Shown in pieces: positions 29,152 to 39,193 of a stretch of DNA of 64,000 bases. The stretch is taken from positions 1,280,001-1,344,000 of the forward strand of contig JBMNFY010000017.1 of the NCBI GenBank assembly GCA_050949565.1, in the 5' to 3' direction. The first letter of the stretch is position 1. Every line of letters starts with the position of its first letter. The DNA is from Kiritimatiellia bacterium. Lineage in GTDB: Bacteria; Verrucomicrobiota; Kiritimatiellia; RFP12; UBA1067. The position numbers were made by a program, and so were the translations under genes. The notes under the pieces were generated by a model that saw only the letters and a program-made list of their open reading frames with translations, had not been told where the DNA came from and did not search any database.

Positions 29152-30543
29152 TCAGATCGAAACCGGCGCTTCCCAGCCCTTGCGGTAAGTCCGGCGCAGC
29201 AGACGGTCCGCCGCCTCCGAATTCGTGATGCGCAACTGCCGGGCGTCCCACGCCAACTCTGTATCCGGCACGCGGATCGCGACCGTGCCGAGCAGGATCG
29301 TCTCGGCCATGGGGCCGGTCTGCTGGAAGTGCGACTCGCACATCCCGACACCGAGCACGGCATCCAGGAAGTGGTGGTAGTGGTTGCGCGGCGGCATCTT
29401 CGGCTTGGGATGGCCGCCGAACTTGCCCTTCGGCAGCAGTACCGGCCCGGAGGTGTGCGGCAGCAGCATCGCGCCCTCGGTGCCGATCACCATGGCCGAC
29501 TCGGCCGGATACTCGTTGAACCCCGCCTCGCGCGCCATAGCCTGCACATCCTCAGGCGGGAAGATCAGGCCGTCGAACCACTCCATCGTGTAGGGCTTGC
29601 CATCGCTGGCCTTGCACCCCGGGAAGGTCCAAGTGATGTGGTCACTCTGCGGCCACACGTCGGCACGCCGTGCACGGTCACCCTTCCAAGATGCCTGGAC
29701 CTCCGCCTTGACGGTCAGGGGGGCGGTCGCGCCCAGATCCATGCCCTTCCACACCGCATCGAAAATGTGGCAACCGATGTCGCCGGACCAGCCGGTGCCG
29801 AAATCCTGCCACGCGCGCCACTTCGCCGGATGGTAGATTTTCGGGGCGTACTCGCGCTCAGGCGCCGTGCCCAGCCACAGGTCCCACGCCAGATGCTCGG
29901 GCGCAGACTCGCCCTTCGCAGGACGCGGCCCCAAGAGCCGGTAGTCGTCAATCGCACCAGGACGGTTGGAGCAGAGGATCACCCGCTTCACAGCACCGAT
30001 GACACCTTCGCGCAACCAATGGACGCCAATGCGGTCGCCCGCACCCGAGGCGTGCTGCGTGCCGAGTTGCGTCACCACGCCCGTGCGCCGGGCCGCCTCC
30101 AAAAGTGCGCGGCATTCGGCCACATCGTGGCAAAGCGGTTTCTGGCAATAGACATGCTTGCCCGCCTGCATGGCAGACAGCGCGATCAGCGCGTGCATGT
30201 GATCAGGCACTGCGACGCTGACCGAATCAATACGGTCGCCCTCTTTCGCAAGCATCTCGCGCCAATCGGTGTAGCGGCGGGCGTCCGGCACCAACTCGGC
30301 GGCTCTGTTCAGATGGTTCTTGTCCACGTCGCAGATCGCCACGATCTCGGTACGTGCATGTGATTTATAGTTCGTCAGATCATGGTAGCCCATGCCGCCC
30401 ACGCCGACGCAGGCGTGCGCGACCTTGCCGTTCGGCGAGATGCGACGCGGCTGCTGGCCAGTCGCATAGCCCGCCAAGGTGCCGACGGCCGTCGCCGCCG
30501 TGACTGAGAGAAAATGCCGCCGATTCATGTTTGTGCCCATCAT
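29152..30543 (-). CDS. Tat-exported Gfo/Idh/MocA oxidoreductase
   Basis: NRRHFL Tat motif, [40 protein letters not shown]. Confidence 0.92.
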   Translation of the reverse strand: MMGTNMNRRHFLSVTAATAVGTLAGYATGQQPRRISPNGKVAHACVGVGGMGYHDLTNYKSHARTEIVAICDVDKNHLNRAAELVPDARRYTDWREMLAKEGDRIDSVSVAVPDHMHALIALSAMQAGKHVYCQKPLCHDVAECRALLEAARRTGVVTQLGTQHASGAGDRIGVHWLREGVIGAVKRVILCSNRPGAIDDYRLLGPRPAKGESAPEHLAWDLWLGTAPEREYAPKIYHPAKWRAWQDFGTGWSGDIGCHIFDAVWKGMDLGATAPLTVKAEVQASWKGDRARRADVWPQSDHITWTFPGCKASDGKPYTMEWFDGLIFPPEDVQAMAREAGFNEYPAESAMVIGTEGAMLLPHTSGPVLLPKGKFGGHPKPKMPPRNHYHHFLDAVLGVGMCESHFQQTGPMAETILLGTVAIRVPDTELAWDARQLRITNSEAADRLLRRTYRKGWEAPVSI

Positions 30544-30687
30544 TCTACCGTCCTCCTTGATCCAGCGCTCCGCGCCAGTTTTCCACTGACATTCATTTTC
30601 AACAGGATACGAAAGCTTATCATCCCCATTCGGGGGCGCTCCGTCAACCTTGATTTTGGGCTTTTCGCCAAACGCGGCACCCCAGAC

Positions 30688-30716
30688 TTGCATAATGGAC
30701 GGTCACTAGTCATAAT
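30688..30716 (+). promoter_or_regulatory. Putative sigma70 promoter of tpiA
   Basis: TTGCAT-N17-CATAAT, 34 bp upstream of the ATG. Confidence 0.55.
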
Positions 30717-30750
30717 GGAAGGCACCATTTTTTCACAAAAGGAGAGCATA

Positions 30751-31503
30751 ATGCGTAAGAAAATTGTCGCGGGTAACTGGAAGATGAACAAGACGGCATC
30801 CGAAGCCGCCGCATTGATCGATGGAATCAAGAAAGAGGTCGCGGATGTCACGGAGGTTGATGTCGTGGTCTGCCCGCCCTTCACCAATTTGCAAGTTGCG
30901 GCCGCCGCTTGTGCGGGCTCGAACGTGAAACTCGGTGCGCAGAATGTGCACTGGGAAGCATCCGGCGCGTACACCGGCGAGATTTCAGCCGCGATGCTGA
31001 AGGATCTCGGCGTCGAGTACGTGATCATCGGCCACAGCGAGCGCCGCCAGTATTTCGGCGAGACCGACGAGACGGTCAACGCGCGCACTAAGGCCGCGCT
31101 GGCCGTAGGCCTGATTCCGATCGTCTGCGTAGGCGAGACGCTCGCCGAGCGTGACGCCGGCAACATGGAGGCCGTGGTGGTGCGTCAGGTCAAGGCCGGG
31201 CTGAACGACTTGGGCGACGACCTCGCCAAGGTCGTGATCGCTTACGAGCCCGTGTGGGCGATCGGTACTGGTCGCACCGCCACACCGGCGCAGGCGCAAG
31301 AGGTCCACGCCTTGATTCGCCTCACGTTGGCGGAAATCTCTGACGGCGACACGGCCAACGCGATCCGCATCCAGTACGGCGGCAGCATGAAGCCCGAAAA
31401 CGCCAAAGAGCTGATGAGCCAGCCCGACATCGACGGCGGCCTGATCGGCGGTGCCGCGCTCAAAGCCGACTCATTCGCAGCGATTGTCAAGGCTGGGGAA
31501 TAA
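30751..31503 (+). CDS. tpiA: Triosephosphate isomerase
   Basis: [36 protein letters not shown]. Confidence 0.98.
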   Translation: MRKKIVAGNWKMNKTASEAAALIDGIKKEVADVTEVDVVVCPPFTNLQVAAAACAGSNVKLGAQNVHWEASGAYTGEISAAMLKDLGVEYVIIGHSERRQYFGETDETVNARTKAALAVGLIPIVCVGETLAERDAGNMEAVVVRQVKAGLNDLGDDLAKVVIAYEPVWAIGTGRTATPAQAQEVHALIRLTLAEISDGDTANAIRIQYGGSMKPENAKELMSQPDIDGGLIGGAALKADSFAAIVKAGE

Positions 31504-31517
31504 TCGGGACGGCGGTT

Positions 31518-31594
31518 ATCGAAAGAATCGATAGATTCGAGTGAATCGAGTGAATCGATTATTTCGAATCTTTCGATTCGCTCGATTCCATCGA
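31518..31594. repeat. 9-bp periodic TCGA array (9 units), left flank of the four-helix-bundle gene
   Basis: TCGA at 31519, 31528, 31537, 31546, 31555, 31564, 31573, 31582, 31591. Confidence 0.9.
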
Positions 31595-31597
31595 CCC

Positions 31598-32347
31598 TCA
31601 CCCGTTGTCCCCCCTTATCTCCCGCACGCCCCTGCACTCTGGATACCCCGTGCAGCCCCAAAACGCCTGTCCCGCGTTTTTGCCGCTTTTGGCCTTTCGT
31701 CGCGCCATGGGCTTGCCGCAGTCTGGGCATACTGGCGCACCCTGCTGTTGCGCCCGCGCCTCCACCCGAATGCCGGTCAACTTCTCGCGGAACCCACCCT
31801 CCTCTTTGAAGGTCTCACCCTGCGACTCCATCTGGCGATTGAGCATGTTGATCACCCGTGCGATCAGGATAAGTAGCGTGTTTGCCATCGTCACGTCATC
31901 GTCAGATTCGAGCCACGCCGAAAACTTCCGCTTCTGCGCCAGGATGTGTACGCAGGCGTCATGCACCACATCTTCACCGTAAGCCGTCTTATCCAGTCGC
32001 ACCGCGTATACCGCTCGCGCCTCAGGCGTTTCCTTGCCCCACGGCACTATCTCCTGTTGCAGGAGCCAATTCAGGTAATCGCCCGCCAACTCCGCTAGAC
32101 TCGACCGTGCCACATCGGTAAGGCGCATCTCGGTCTCTTTGGAGGTCGCCCGCCGCGCTGAGCCCGCAGCAATGTTGGCGCATCCCGAACGCGCGGCCTG
32201 CGTCATCTGATCGTACTGTCGTCCGCACGGATCGTTCGTGCGGTTCAGAAAGCGCTTGCAGAACCGCTGCGTCCCAAGTTGCACGACATTCGCCAATATC
32301 CACGAATCTAACCAGAAATACCCGCCTGTACCACCGAACATGCTCAT
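31598..32347 (-). CDS. Four-helix-bundle (23S IVP/Avd-like) protein with four-helix-bundle suffix domain and topoisomerase-type C4 zinc ribbon
   Basis: DQMTQAARSGCANIAAGS...VARSSLAEL..DY; suffix MLNRQ...FKEEGGFREKL; CPDCGKPM...FWGCTGYPEC. Confidence 0.9.
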   Translation of the reverse strand: MSMFGGTGGYFWLDSWILANVVQLGTQRFCKRFLNRTNDPCGRQYDQMTQAARSGCANIAAGSARRATSKETEMRLTDVARSSLAELAGDYLNWLLQQEIVPWGKETPEARAVYAVRLDKTAYGEDVVHDACVHILAQKRKFSAWLESDDDVTMANTLLILIARVINMLNRQMESQGETFKEEGGFREKLTGIRVEARAQQQGAPVCPDCGKPMARRKAKSGKNAGQAFWGCTGYPECRGVREIRGDNG

Positions 32348-32365
32348 AACCCACTCCTTTCGTTT

Positions 32366-32433
32366 TTCGATAGAATCGAGGGATTCGAGTGAATCGATTC
32401 CTTCGATTATTTCGATTCGCTCGATTCTTTCGA
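32366..32433. repeat. 9-bp periodic TCGA array (8 units), right flank of the four-helix-bundle gene
   Basis: TCGA at 32367, 32376, 32385, 32394, 32403, 32412, 32421, 32430; overlaps the aroA 3' end. Confidence 0.9.
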
Positions 32434-33747
32434 CCCCGCCCTCACACTCACCCCCAGTTCCCTAAGCTGCTCCACAAAACCCGGGAATGATTCATTCAGG
32501 ATCTCGGCGTGGTGCACCGTGACCGGCGCGGGCGCGGCCAGCCCGGCCAATGCGAGCGACATTGCCAAGCGGTGGTCGCCGTGCGCGTCGCACGCGCCGC
32601 CCGTCAGCGTTCCGCCCTTGATCGTGAAGCCGTCGCGGCGCTCGGCGACCTGCACTCCCAACGTCTTCAACTCGCCGCAGAGCACAGAAATGCGATCGGT
32701 CTCTTTGTAGCGCAGCTCCTCGGCGTCGTGCACCTCGGTCACGCCGGAGGCAAAACAGGCGGCCACCGCGAACACCGGGAACTCGTCGATCATCCGCACC
32801 ACCGTATCCCCGCCCACGCGGACCGCCTGCAACGGTGCGGCCACCAATCGGATGTCTCCCACCGGCTCGCCCGCGACCACGCGCGGGTTCTCCACCGTGA
32901 TCCGAGCACCCATCTCGCGCAGCACATCGAGAATCCCGGTGCGCGTGGGATTGACGCCAACATCGCGGACACAGAGCTCAGACCCAGGAACCAACGCTGC
33001 GGCAACCAACAGAAACGCGGCAGACGAGATATCGCCCGGCAAGGTCATGCGCAGCGGCGTGAGCGGTTGCAGCAACGGCGCGACCGTGACCGCACGGCCT
33101 TCCACCCGAATATCGGCACCCATCGCGGCCAGCATGCGTTCGGTGTGGTCGCGTGACGGCCCCGGCTCGCGCAGGGTGCTTTCTCCGTCAGCGGCCAGTG
33201 CCGCCAAGATCAGGCAGGATTTGACCTGAGCACTGGCGACAGGCAATGTCTCATCAACCGCTGTCAGCGGGTGCGACGCCGCGCGCGCCGCCAGCGTCAG
33301 CGGTGCGCAACCATCACTGCTCGTGATCGGCACCCCCATGCGCAACAACGGCGCGGTGATACGATCCATCGGACGTCGGCGCAAGCCGGCCGAACCGTCG
33401 AGCGTGCAGGGGGTGCCGGCGGCGGCCAGCGCACCGGCGAGCAGACGGATCGTGGTCGCCGAATTACCGCAATCGAGCGGTGCGGCGGGCGGCGTGAAAC
33501 CGCGCAGGCCGCGCCCCTGCACCGTCAGACGGGAATCATCGAGGTGCCAGACGATGCCGAGCGCATCAAGCGCGTTCAACATCGCATGCGTCACGCCGGA
33601 CACCAGGAAGCGATCGATCACGCTTTCGCCTTCGGCGAGCGCGGCAAAGAGCGCGGCGCGGTGCGAGAGTGATTTATCGCCAGGCAGCAAGCACGTACCG
33701 CCCAGCGGAACATCGGCAGACAGAGTAAGATCGAACTGAGGTTGCAT
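32407..33747 (-). CDS. aroA: 3-phosphoshikimate 1-carboxyvinyltransferase (EPSP synthase)
   Basis: PGDKSLSHR, LDCGNSATT, RRRPMDR, ASAQVKS, RDHTERML, ELRYKETDR, DHRLAM. Confidence 0.97.
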   Translation of the reverse strand: MQPQFDLTLSADVPLGGTCLLPGDKSLSHRAALFAALAEGESVIDRFLVSGVTHAMLNALDALGIVWHLDDSRLTVQGRGLRGFTPPAAPLDCGNSATTIRLLAGALAAAGTPCTLDGSAGLRRRPMDRITAPLLRMGVPITSSDGCAPLTLAARAASHPLTAVDETLPVASAQVKSCLILAALAADGESTLREPGPSRDHTERMLAAMGADIRVEGRAVTVAPLLQPLTPLRMTLPGDISSAAFLLVAAALVPGSELCVRDVGVNPTRTGILDVLREMGARITVENPRVVAGEPVGDIRLVAAPLQAVRVGGDTVVRMIDEFPVFAVAACFASGVTEVHDAEELRYKETDRISVLCGELKTLGVQVAERRDGFTIKGGTLTGGACDAHGDHRLAMSLALAGLAAPAPVTVHHAEILNESFPGFVEQLRELGVSVRAGSKESSESK

Positions 33748-33877
33748 GTCAGCAGATTTTCCGCGATCACGCCGAGCTTTTCAATCCCAAATCCTAAATC
33801 CTAAGTGATAACTCCGCGCTCCGCGCACAGCGCGAAGCGCGGTTGCGCTCTGCGCATAAGGTTTGTTACCATTCGGC

Positions 33878-35380
33878 ATGACTGCTAAACATGCCCCCGT
33901 ACGGTTCTGCCTGGAAGTTTCACCGGCACCTTGCGTGCTTGTTCTGTTCGGTGCCACGGGTGACCTCGCGCGCCGGAAACTATTCCCCTCGCTGTTTCAG
34001 CTTCACACACGTGACCTGCTGCACGCCACTTCGCGTATTGTAGGTTGCGGTCGCACGCGCCACGATCAAGAATCTTTCCGCGCTCTGGTCGCCGAGGCCC
34101 TGCCGCCGTCGGCCTCCGCCGCCGAGCGTGACACGTTTCTAGCGCGTTTCAGCTATGTGCGGACCGACGAGACCGATCCCGACACCTTTGCGCATCTCGG
34201 GCAGCACCTCGCAGAACTGGATCGGATCGAGACTCCGGCTCCGTTCAATCATCTTTTCTATCTCGCCATCCCGCCCTCTACCTACCAGTCGATTTTCGCA
34301 CGTCTCACCGCAGCGGGCTTGCTCGAAGAGTCGGGCCACAATTCGGCATGGCGTCATGTGCTGCTGGAGAAGCCGTTCGGGACAGACTCCGCCACGGCGG
34401 CGGAGTTGGACGCCTTCCTGCAGCAGCATGCGCGTGAAGAGCAGATTTTCAGGATCGACCACTATCTGGGGAAGGAAACGGTTCAAAACATCCTGATCAT
34501 GCGCTTCGCAAACATCCTCTTGGAGCCGGTCTGGAACCACACCTATATCGACCATGTGCAGATCACGGTTGCGGAGGCGCTGGGCATCGAGCACCGCGCC
34601 GGTTTCTACGAGCAATCGGGATTGTTGCGCGACATGTTCCAGAACCACTTGCTGGAGATGCTCGCGTTGGTGGCGATGGAACCGCCCGCCGAGTATTCAG
34701 CCGATGCGATCCACCGCGAAAAGCTGGCGCTGATCCGCGCCATCCGTCCCTTCCCGTGTGACACGCTCGGAGATGTCATGGTGCGGGGGCAGTACGCAGC
34801 GGCAGACAACATGGCCGGATACCGCGAGGAGCCGGGGGTCGATCCGAGCTCCACGATTGAAACCTTTGCGGCCACCAAGCTGTGGATCGACACACCGCGC
34901 TGGCAGGGCGTGCCCTTTTATCTGCGCTCAGGCAAGCGTCTTACGAAAAGAACCAGCACCATCACCTTGGTCTTCAAGTGCTCAGCGCATACCCTGTTCG
35001 GCACCTGCGAGCCCGACTCGCTGGTGCTCAACGTGCAACCGGATGAAGGCATGATCCTGAATTTGCAGGCCAAGCGCCCAGGACCCAAACTGTGCATGGG
35101 CGAATTGCCGCTCGCCTTCAAATACGCCGACCTCGGTGATGAATTGGACGCTCCTGACGCCTATGCGCGGTTGCTCTTGGACGCCATGCTGCACGACCAC
35201 ACGCTCTTCGTCCGCAATGAGACGATCGCGGCGGCCTGGCAACTCTTCACGCCGGTCCTTGAGACCTGGCGCGATCATCCAGACCGCTGCCCGTTGCATC
35301 CCTATGCCGCAGGTTCGGACGGTCCCGCGGCCGCCGCAGACCTTCTGGCCCGCGACGGTCGGGCGTGGCGTCCGGTTTAG
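33878..35380 (+). CDS. zwf: Glucose-6-phosphate 1-dehydrogenase
   Basis: FGATGDLARRKL, EKPFG, RIDHYLGKE, RDMFQNH, WQGVPFYLRSGKR. Confidence 0.97.
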   Translation: MTAKHAPVRFCLEVSPAPCVLVLFGATGDLARRKLFPSLFQLHTRDLLHATSRIVGCGRTRHDQESFRALVAEALPPSASAAERDTFLARFSYVRTDETDPDTFAHLGQHLAELDRIETPAPFNHLFYLAIPPSTYQSIFARLTAAGLLEESGHNSAWRHVLLEKPFGTDSATAAELDAFLQQHAREEQIFRIDHYLGKETVQNILIMRFANILLEPVWNHTYIDHVQITVAEALGIEHRAGFYEQSGLLRDMFQNHLLEMLALVAMEPPAEYSADAIHREKLALIRAIRPFPCDTLGDVMVRGQYAAADNMAGYREEPGVDPSSTIETFAATKLWIDTPRWQGVPFYLRSGKRLTKRTSTITLVFKCSAHTLFGTCEPDSLVLNVQPDEGMILNLQAKRPGPKLCMGELPLAFKYADLGDELDAPDAYARLLLDAMLHDHTLFVRNETIAAAWQLFTPVLETWRDHPDRCPLHPYAAGSDGPAAAADLLARDGRAWRPV

Positions 35381-35488
35381 CCTAACGCGGACAAAGCCCG
35401 CAACCCTCACCCCGTCCCTCTCTGTAATTTTAGCTAACAGATTTCAGATGGCTCACATCTGCGCACACCGCCTCCCTTGTCGCCGTGC

Positions 35489-35526
35489 CCCCCAGGGTCA
35501 CATATTCGAATATGTGACCCTGGGGG
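35489..35526. repeat. Perfect 38-bp palindrome (REP-like)
   Basis: CCCCCAGGGTCACATATTC|GAATATGTGACCCTGGGGG. Confidence 0.85.
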
Positions 35527-35752
35527 TGGTTGTTTTTCTAACTCCCTCCCACCGGCGTGCTTGGAAGTTGCAAGTTGAGCGTTGCAAGTTGAGCGTTTTC
35601 CGCGCGTTGCGCGGAACATGGCGGCGTGAAACGCCGCCCGGTCAAGCAGACGCTTGACCCTCCCGGTGCTCTGCTCCGCGAGGAAACCTGAGGCCGCCCT
35701 TCCGCACAGCGGAAGGCGGCTCGTAGGAACACTCGCCCTCCAACCTTCGCGT

Positions 35753-35876
35753 CTTCGCGCCTTCGCGTGAAACAACCGAGCAGTGCTTTTACACTCATCA
35801 TTGCGACCGCTGGGTGGTCGCAATAAGAGAAGTTGACCCGCGACCTACGACCCGCGACTTGCGGTCAGCACTGCCC
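35753..35876. mobile_element. ~120-bp dispersed MITE-like repeat, copy 1
   Basis: Similar to 49332-49452; ends GAGCAGTGC...GCACTGCCC; internal hairpin TTGCGACC/GGTCGCAA. Confidence 0.6.
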
Positions 35877-35950
35877 TCAAAAAACCTCTGCGCTTCTGCG
35901 CCTCTGCGAGAGGAAACCAGAGTAGCGCAAATCTCAAATCCTTAGTGCCC

Positions 35951-36478
35951 TTAGTGCCTTCGTGTGGAAAACACCTTGGTCTTGGCTTGGCCGCCCTTCA
36001 TCGGGAAGATGCCGGCCATCTCCGGCGCGATCGCGAAGATCACGAGGTTCTCCTTGAAGTTTTTCGCGAAGAAGGGGTAATCCCCGATGATCTTCGCCTT
36101 GACCGCCTCATCCGTGCACAACTCGGCGGTTCCCTTGTAGCGTAAATACGCGCTGCCGTCGGTCGCCGTACGTGCAATCTCGACTTTGGGGTTCTTTTGG
36201 ATTTGCGCGTACATCTCCTTCTTTTTCGAGGTGACCAGCACCAGCTTGTTATCAATCACAAAGGTGTACTTGATCGGACGGACGCGCGCACCATCCTGCT
36301 CGCAGGTCGCGAGATAAAAGTGGCCGGCTTTTTCTAGGAAGCCCGCCACCTCCTGCAGAAACACATCCTGCTTATCAGCGCTCTCTTTGATCAACACGTA
36401 GCTCTTGATCTCCTCGCCCTTGCCGACCAATACGGCCAACGCCACTATCATCATCATCCATGCTCGTTTCATTTTCAT
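35951..36478 (-). CDS. Pyridoxamine 5'-phosphate oxidase-like FMN-binding protein with signal peptide
   Basis: FYLATCEQDGARVRP, TSKKKEMYAQIQKNPKVEI, YLRYKG; hydrophobic N-terminus. Confidence 0.8.
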   Translation of the reverse strand: MKMKRAWMMMIVALAVLVGKGEEIKSYVLIKESADKQDVFLQEVAGFLEKAGHFYLATCEQDGARVRPIKYTFVIDNKLVLVTSKKKEMYAQIQKNPKVEIARTATDGSAYLRYKGTAELCTDEAVKAKIIGDYPFFAKNFKENLVIFAIAPEMAGIFPMKGGQAKTKVFSTRRH

Positions 36479-36505
36479 CGATAACCTCCTTGTACTTACT
36501 AAACA

Positions 36506-36757
36506 CTACCCTTCCAACTCGACTTTCTTCGCAATCGCCCGCGACACGAGAAAACGCGCTTCGCCAGCACCGATCACCAGTGAGCGCTCATGCTTGCGAT
36601 TGCGGAACATCCGCACGCGGACTCCGGGATAGAGCCCCATTTCGGCGGACTTGCGGTCGTGGTTCACGCGGATGATTCCGCATTCGCCATCCTTAAGATC
36701 CATGAGACAGCGCCCGGTTGACGGCGTCGACTGGAGATTGTCGTCACGATGACTCAT
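36506..36757 (-). CDS. feoA: FeoA-family protein
   Basis: LMDLKDGECG...EMGLYPGVRVRM...ARFLVSRAIAKKV; ATG overlaps the feoB stop. Confidence 0.8.
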   Translation of the reverse strand: MSHRDDNLQSTPSTGRCLMDLKDGECGIIRVNHDRKSAEMGLYPGVRVRMFRNRKHERSLVIGAGEARFLVSRAIAKKVELEG

Positions 36758-39018
36758 ACGACTACCCGCTTTCCAACTGTTCGCATCAGACCATAACCGC
36801 ACACCGCGGCGACGGCCACACCACCTATCCAGAGCGTCGCATGCAACGGCGCTTCCGCAAAAGTGGCAAGCTGATAGTACACCGTCGCCACCATCCACGC
36901 CAGCAGCGTCTGGTAGGTCACAGCAAAAAGCATCCAGCGCCAACCCGCCTCACGCGCCAACACGATCAACGCCGCCAGACACGGCGAATAGATCAGCACG
37001 AACAAGAGATAGGCGAAGGCGGCAGCGCGGGAATCGAAATGGTCGCGCAACGCATTGAGCAGGCCACCACAATGCACCGAGCACTCCTGCGGCCCCGCAC
37101 ATCCTTGCTGTTCCGCACACTCCGCTGCTACCACACCGCCACCGGACTTGTAGGCGGCGACCAGCCGTTTGGCGGCATCCTTAAGCGCTTGCCCCAGCAC
37201 GAACGGGGCATCGCCATGCGCGTCTTCTTCATGCGCGTAAAGCACCTCCAGCGTTCCCACAATCGCCTCCTTGGCCATCAACCCTGCCAGCAGTCCGGCG
37301 GCGGCAGGCCAGTTTTCTTCCGACACACCCATCGGACGCAGCGTCACCGTCATGGCACGTGCGGCAGATGTACGCCATTCGTTGGCGCGTTCCGCGTCGC
37401 CGCTTATCCGGTCAAGCAATGCATTGCCAAGACTCAACAGCAATGCGATCAAGACGATCACTTGACCGGCACGTGTGAGAAAATTTTTGAGGTTGGCCCA
37501 CACGTGCTCCAGACAGCCGCGCAGCGCAGGTACATGATACGGCGGAAGCTCCATCACAAAGGCCGCCGCCTCGCCCCTCAGCAAGGTGCGGTGCAACACG
37601 AGCCCCGATAAAATCGCGAGTATGCCGCCGATCAGATAGAGTGCAAAGATCACCAGATTGCCCGAACGCTGGAAAAAGGCCATTGCGAAAATCGCATAGA
37701 CCGGCATCCGCGCGCCGCACGACATGAAGGGCGCGATCAGCATTGTCAGTATGCGGGCGCGCCGTTGCTCCAGCGTGCGCGTCGCCATCAAGGCCGGCAC
37801 CGTACAACCGAAGCCGACCAACAGCGGGATAAACGCTTTGCCCGGCAAGCCGATGCCATTGAGAAAACGATCCATGATGAACGCCGCGCGCGCCATATAG
37901 CCCGACTCCTCCAACAATGTCAGGCAGAGGAAGATCATGCAGATCGGCGGCATGAAGGTCGCGACCGTCGTCAAGCCGGCACCGGCACCGTCGGCAAGCA
38001 GCGTGATCAAAATCTCAGGCGCGCCGCGTGCGGTCAGCCAGACCCGCGTCTGATTGATCAGCAGCGCGCTAAACACACTGTCAAAAAAATCGACCAGCGG
38101 CTGTGTCAGCCGCACGGTAAGCCAGAAGACGACGAACATCACGCCCAGAAATGCGGGGATGCCGACTGGACGGCTCAGCAACACGCGGTCGGCGATATCG
38201 GAAAAACGCCGCCGCATCTCGTCCCGGCGGCATACCACGTCGCGCGCGAGGCCGCGGATAAAGCCCAGCCGCGCATCCATCACCGCAGTCTCCGGACGCT
38301 GTCCGGTATGCCGCGCTAACCGCGCGTTCTCTTCCTCCACGATCGCGTCGAACATGCCGCCCGTCAATTCACGCGCGCACGGGTCGCGCTCCAGCAACTT
38401 GATCGCCAGCCACCGCGAATCCACACCCGCGTCATCGGCAGCCACGATCAGACACACCTGCAAGCGCCGCACCGAGGGCTCCGCTTCGCCGTACGCCACA
38501 TGCGCCGCGGGCAGACGGCGTTCGGACGCGACCTCCGCCACCGCCGTGCGCAGCTCCGCCAGTCCCTCGCCGCGCGAGGCAACCATCGGCACGACCGGGC
38601 AACCCAGATGTTGCGCCAGATGCCGCGCATCCACCTTGATCCCGTGCCGCTCCGCCACATCCACCTGATTGAGCGCCACCACCAACGGCACGCGCATATC
38701 CAGCAGTTGGGAGGTAAGGTAAAGGCTGCGTTCGAGATTCGAGGCATCGACAATGTTGATGACCGCAGACGGACGGTTGCGAATCAGATAATCGCGGGCG
38801 ACCCGCTCGTCCTCGGTATCCGGCGAAAAGGAGTAGATGCCCGGCAGATCGGCAATGCGGTACGCACGACCATTGAGCGTGAAATTGGCATGCGCGCTCT
38901 CAACCGTCACGCCGGTCCAATTGCCCGTGCGCTCATGCGCCCCCGTAAGCAGATTGAACAGCGTGGTCTTGCCGGCATTGGGATTGCCTACTAAAACGAC
39001 GTTCAGAACGTCGTCCAT
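36754..39018 (-). CDS. feoB: Ferrous iron transporter B
   Basis: GNPNAGKTTLFN, GNWTGVTVE, DLPGIYS, EESGYMARAAF, GFGCTVPA, PFMSCGAR, FVMELPPY. Confidence 0.97.
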   Translation of the reverse strand: MDDVLNVVLVGNPNAGKTTLFNLLTGAHERTGNWTGVTVESAHANFTLNGRAYRIADLPGIYSFSPDTEDERVARDYLIRNRPSAVINIVDASNLERSLYLTSQLLDMRVPLVVALNQVDVAERHGIKVDARHLAQHLGCPVVPMVASRGEGLAELRTAVAEVASERRLPAAHVAYGEAEPSVRRLQVCLIVAADDAGVDSRWLAIKLLERDPCARELTGGMFDAIVEEENARLARHTGQRPETAVMDARLGFIRGLARDVVCRRDEMRRRFSDIADRVLLSRPVGIPAFLGVMFVVFWLTVRLTQPLVDFFDSVFSALLINQTRVWLTARGAPEILITLLADGAGAGLTTVATFMPPICMIFLCLTLLEESGYMARAAFIMDRFLNGIGLPGKAFIPLLVGFGCTVPALMATRTLEQRRARILTMLIAPFMSCGARMPVYAIFAMAFFQRSGNLVIFALYLIGGILAILSGLVLHRTLLRGEAAAFVMELPPYHVPALRGCLEHVWANLKNFLTRAGQVIVLIALLLSLGNALLDRISGDAERANEWRTSAARAMTVTLRPMGVSEENWPAAAGLLAGLMAKEAIVGTLEVLYAHEEDAHGDAPFVLGQALKDAAKRLVAAYKSGGGVVAAECAEQQGCAGPQECSVHCGGLLNALRDHFDSRAAAFAYLLFVLIYSPCLAALIVLAREAGWRWMLFAVTYQTLLAWMVATVYYQLATFAEAPLHATLWIGGVAVAAVCGYGLMRTVGKRVVV

Positions 39019-39193
39019 ATTCAATCCCCCCGCTCGCTTTTGTTAGACAAGGAAAACATGTCCGCAGAGTATACGGGGCACGGCCCTTTGAAAACAAGCG
39101 TAATCGGTAGCCAGCTGGCGTTTTGTGCAAAGTGTTGTTGACGGCGGAACAAGCGTCTGCTTGAGCGGCGGCAGTCACGCCGTCATCTTCAGG

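Noticed and set aside
31518-32433. CRISPR array or diversity-generating retroelement (Avd-like gene plus repeats)
   Set aside because: Units are 9 bp with no unique spacers; there are no cas genes, reverse transcriptase or TR/VR pair in the window
33781-33842. AAATCCY 7-mers and CCGCGCT inverted units as a specific operator for aroA/zwf
   Set aside because: The same 7-mer class recurs at 49498-49527 and 35929-35942, so it belongs to the dispersed repeat family and is not gene-specific
39025-39190. Riboswitch or Fur box upstream of feoB
   Set aside because: No recognisable consensus or convincing palindrome was found
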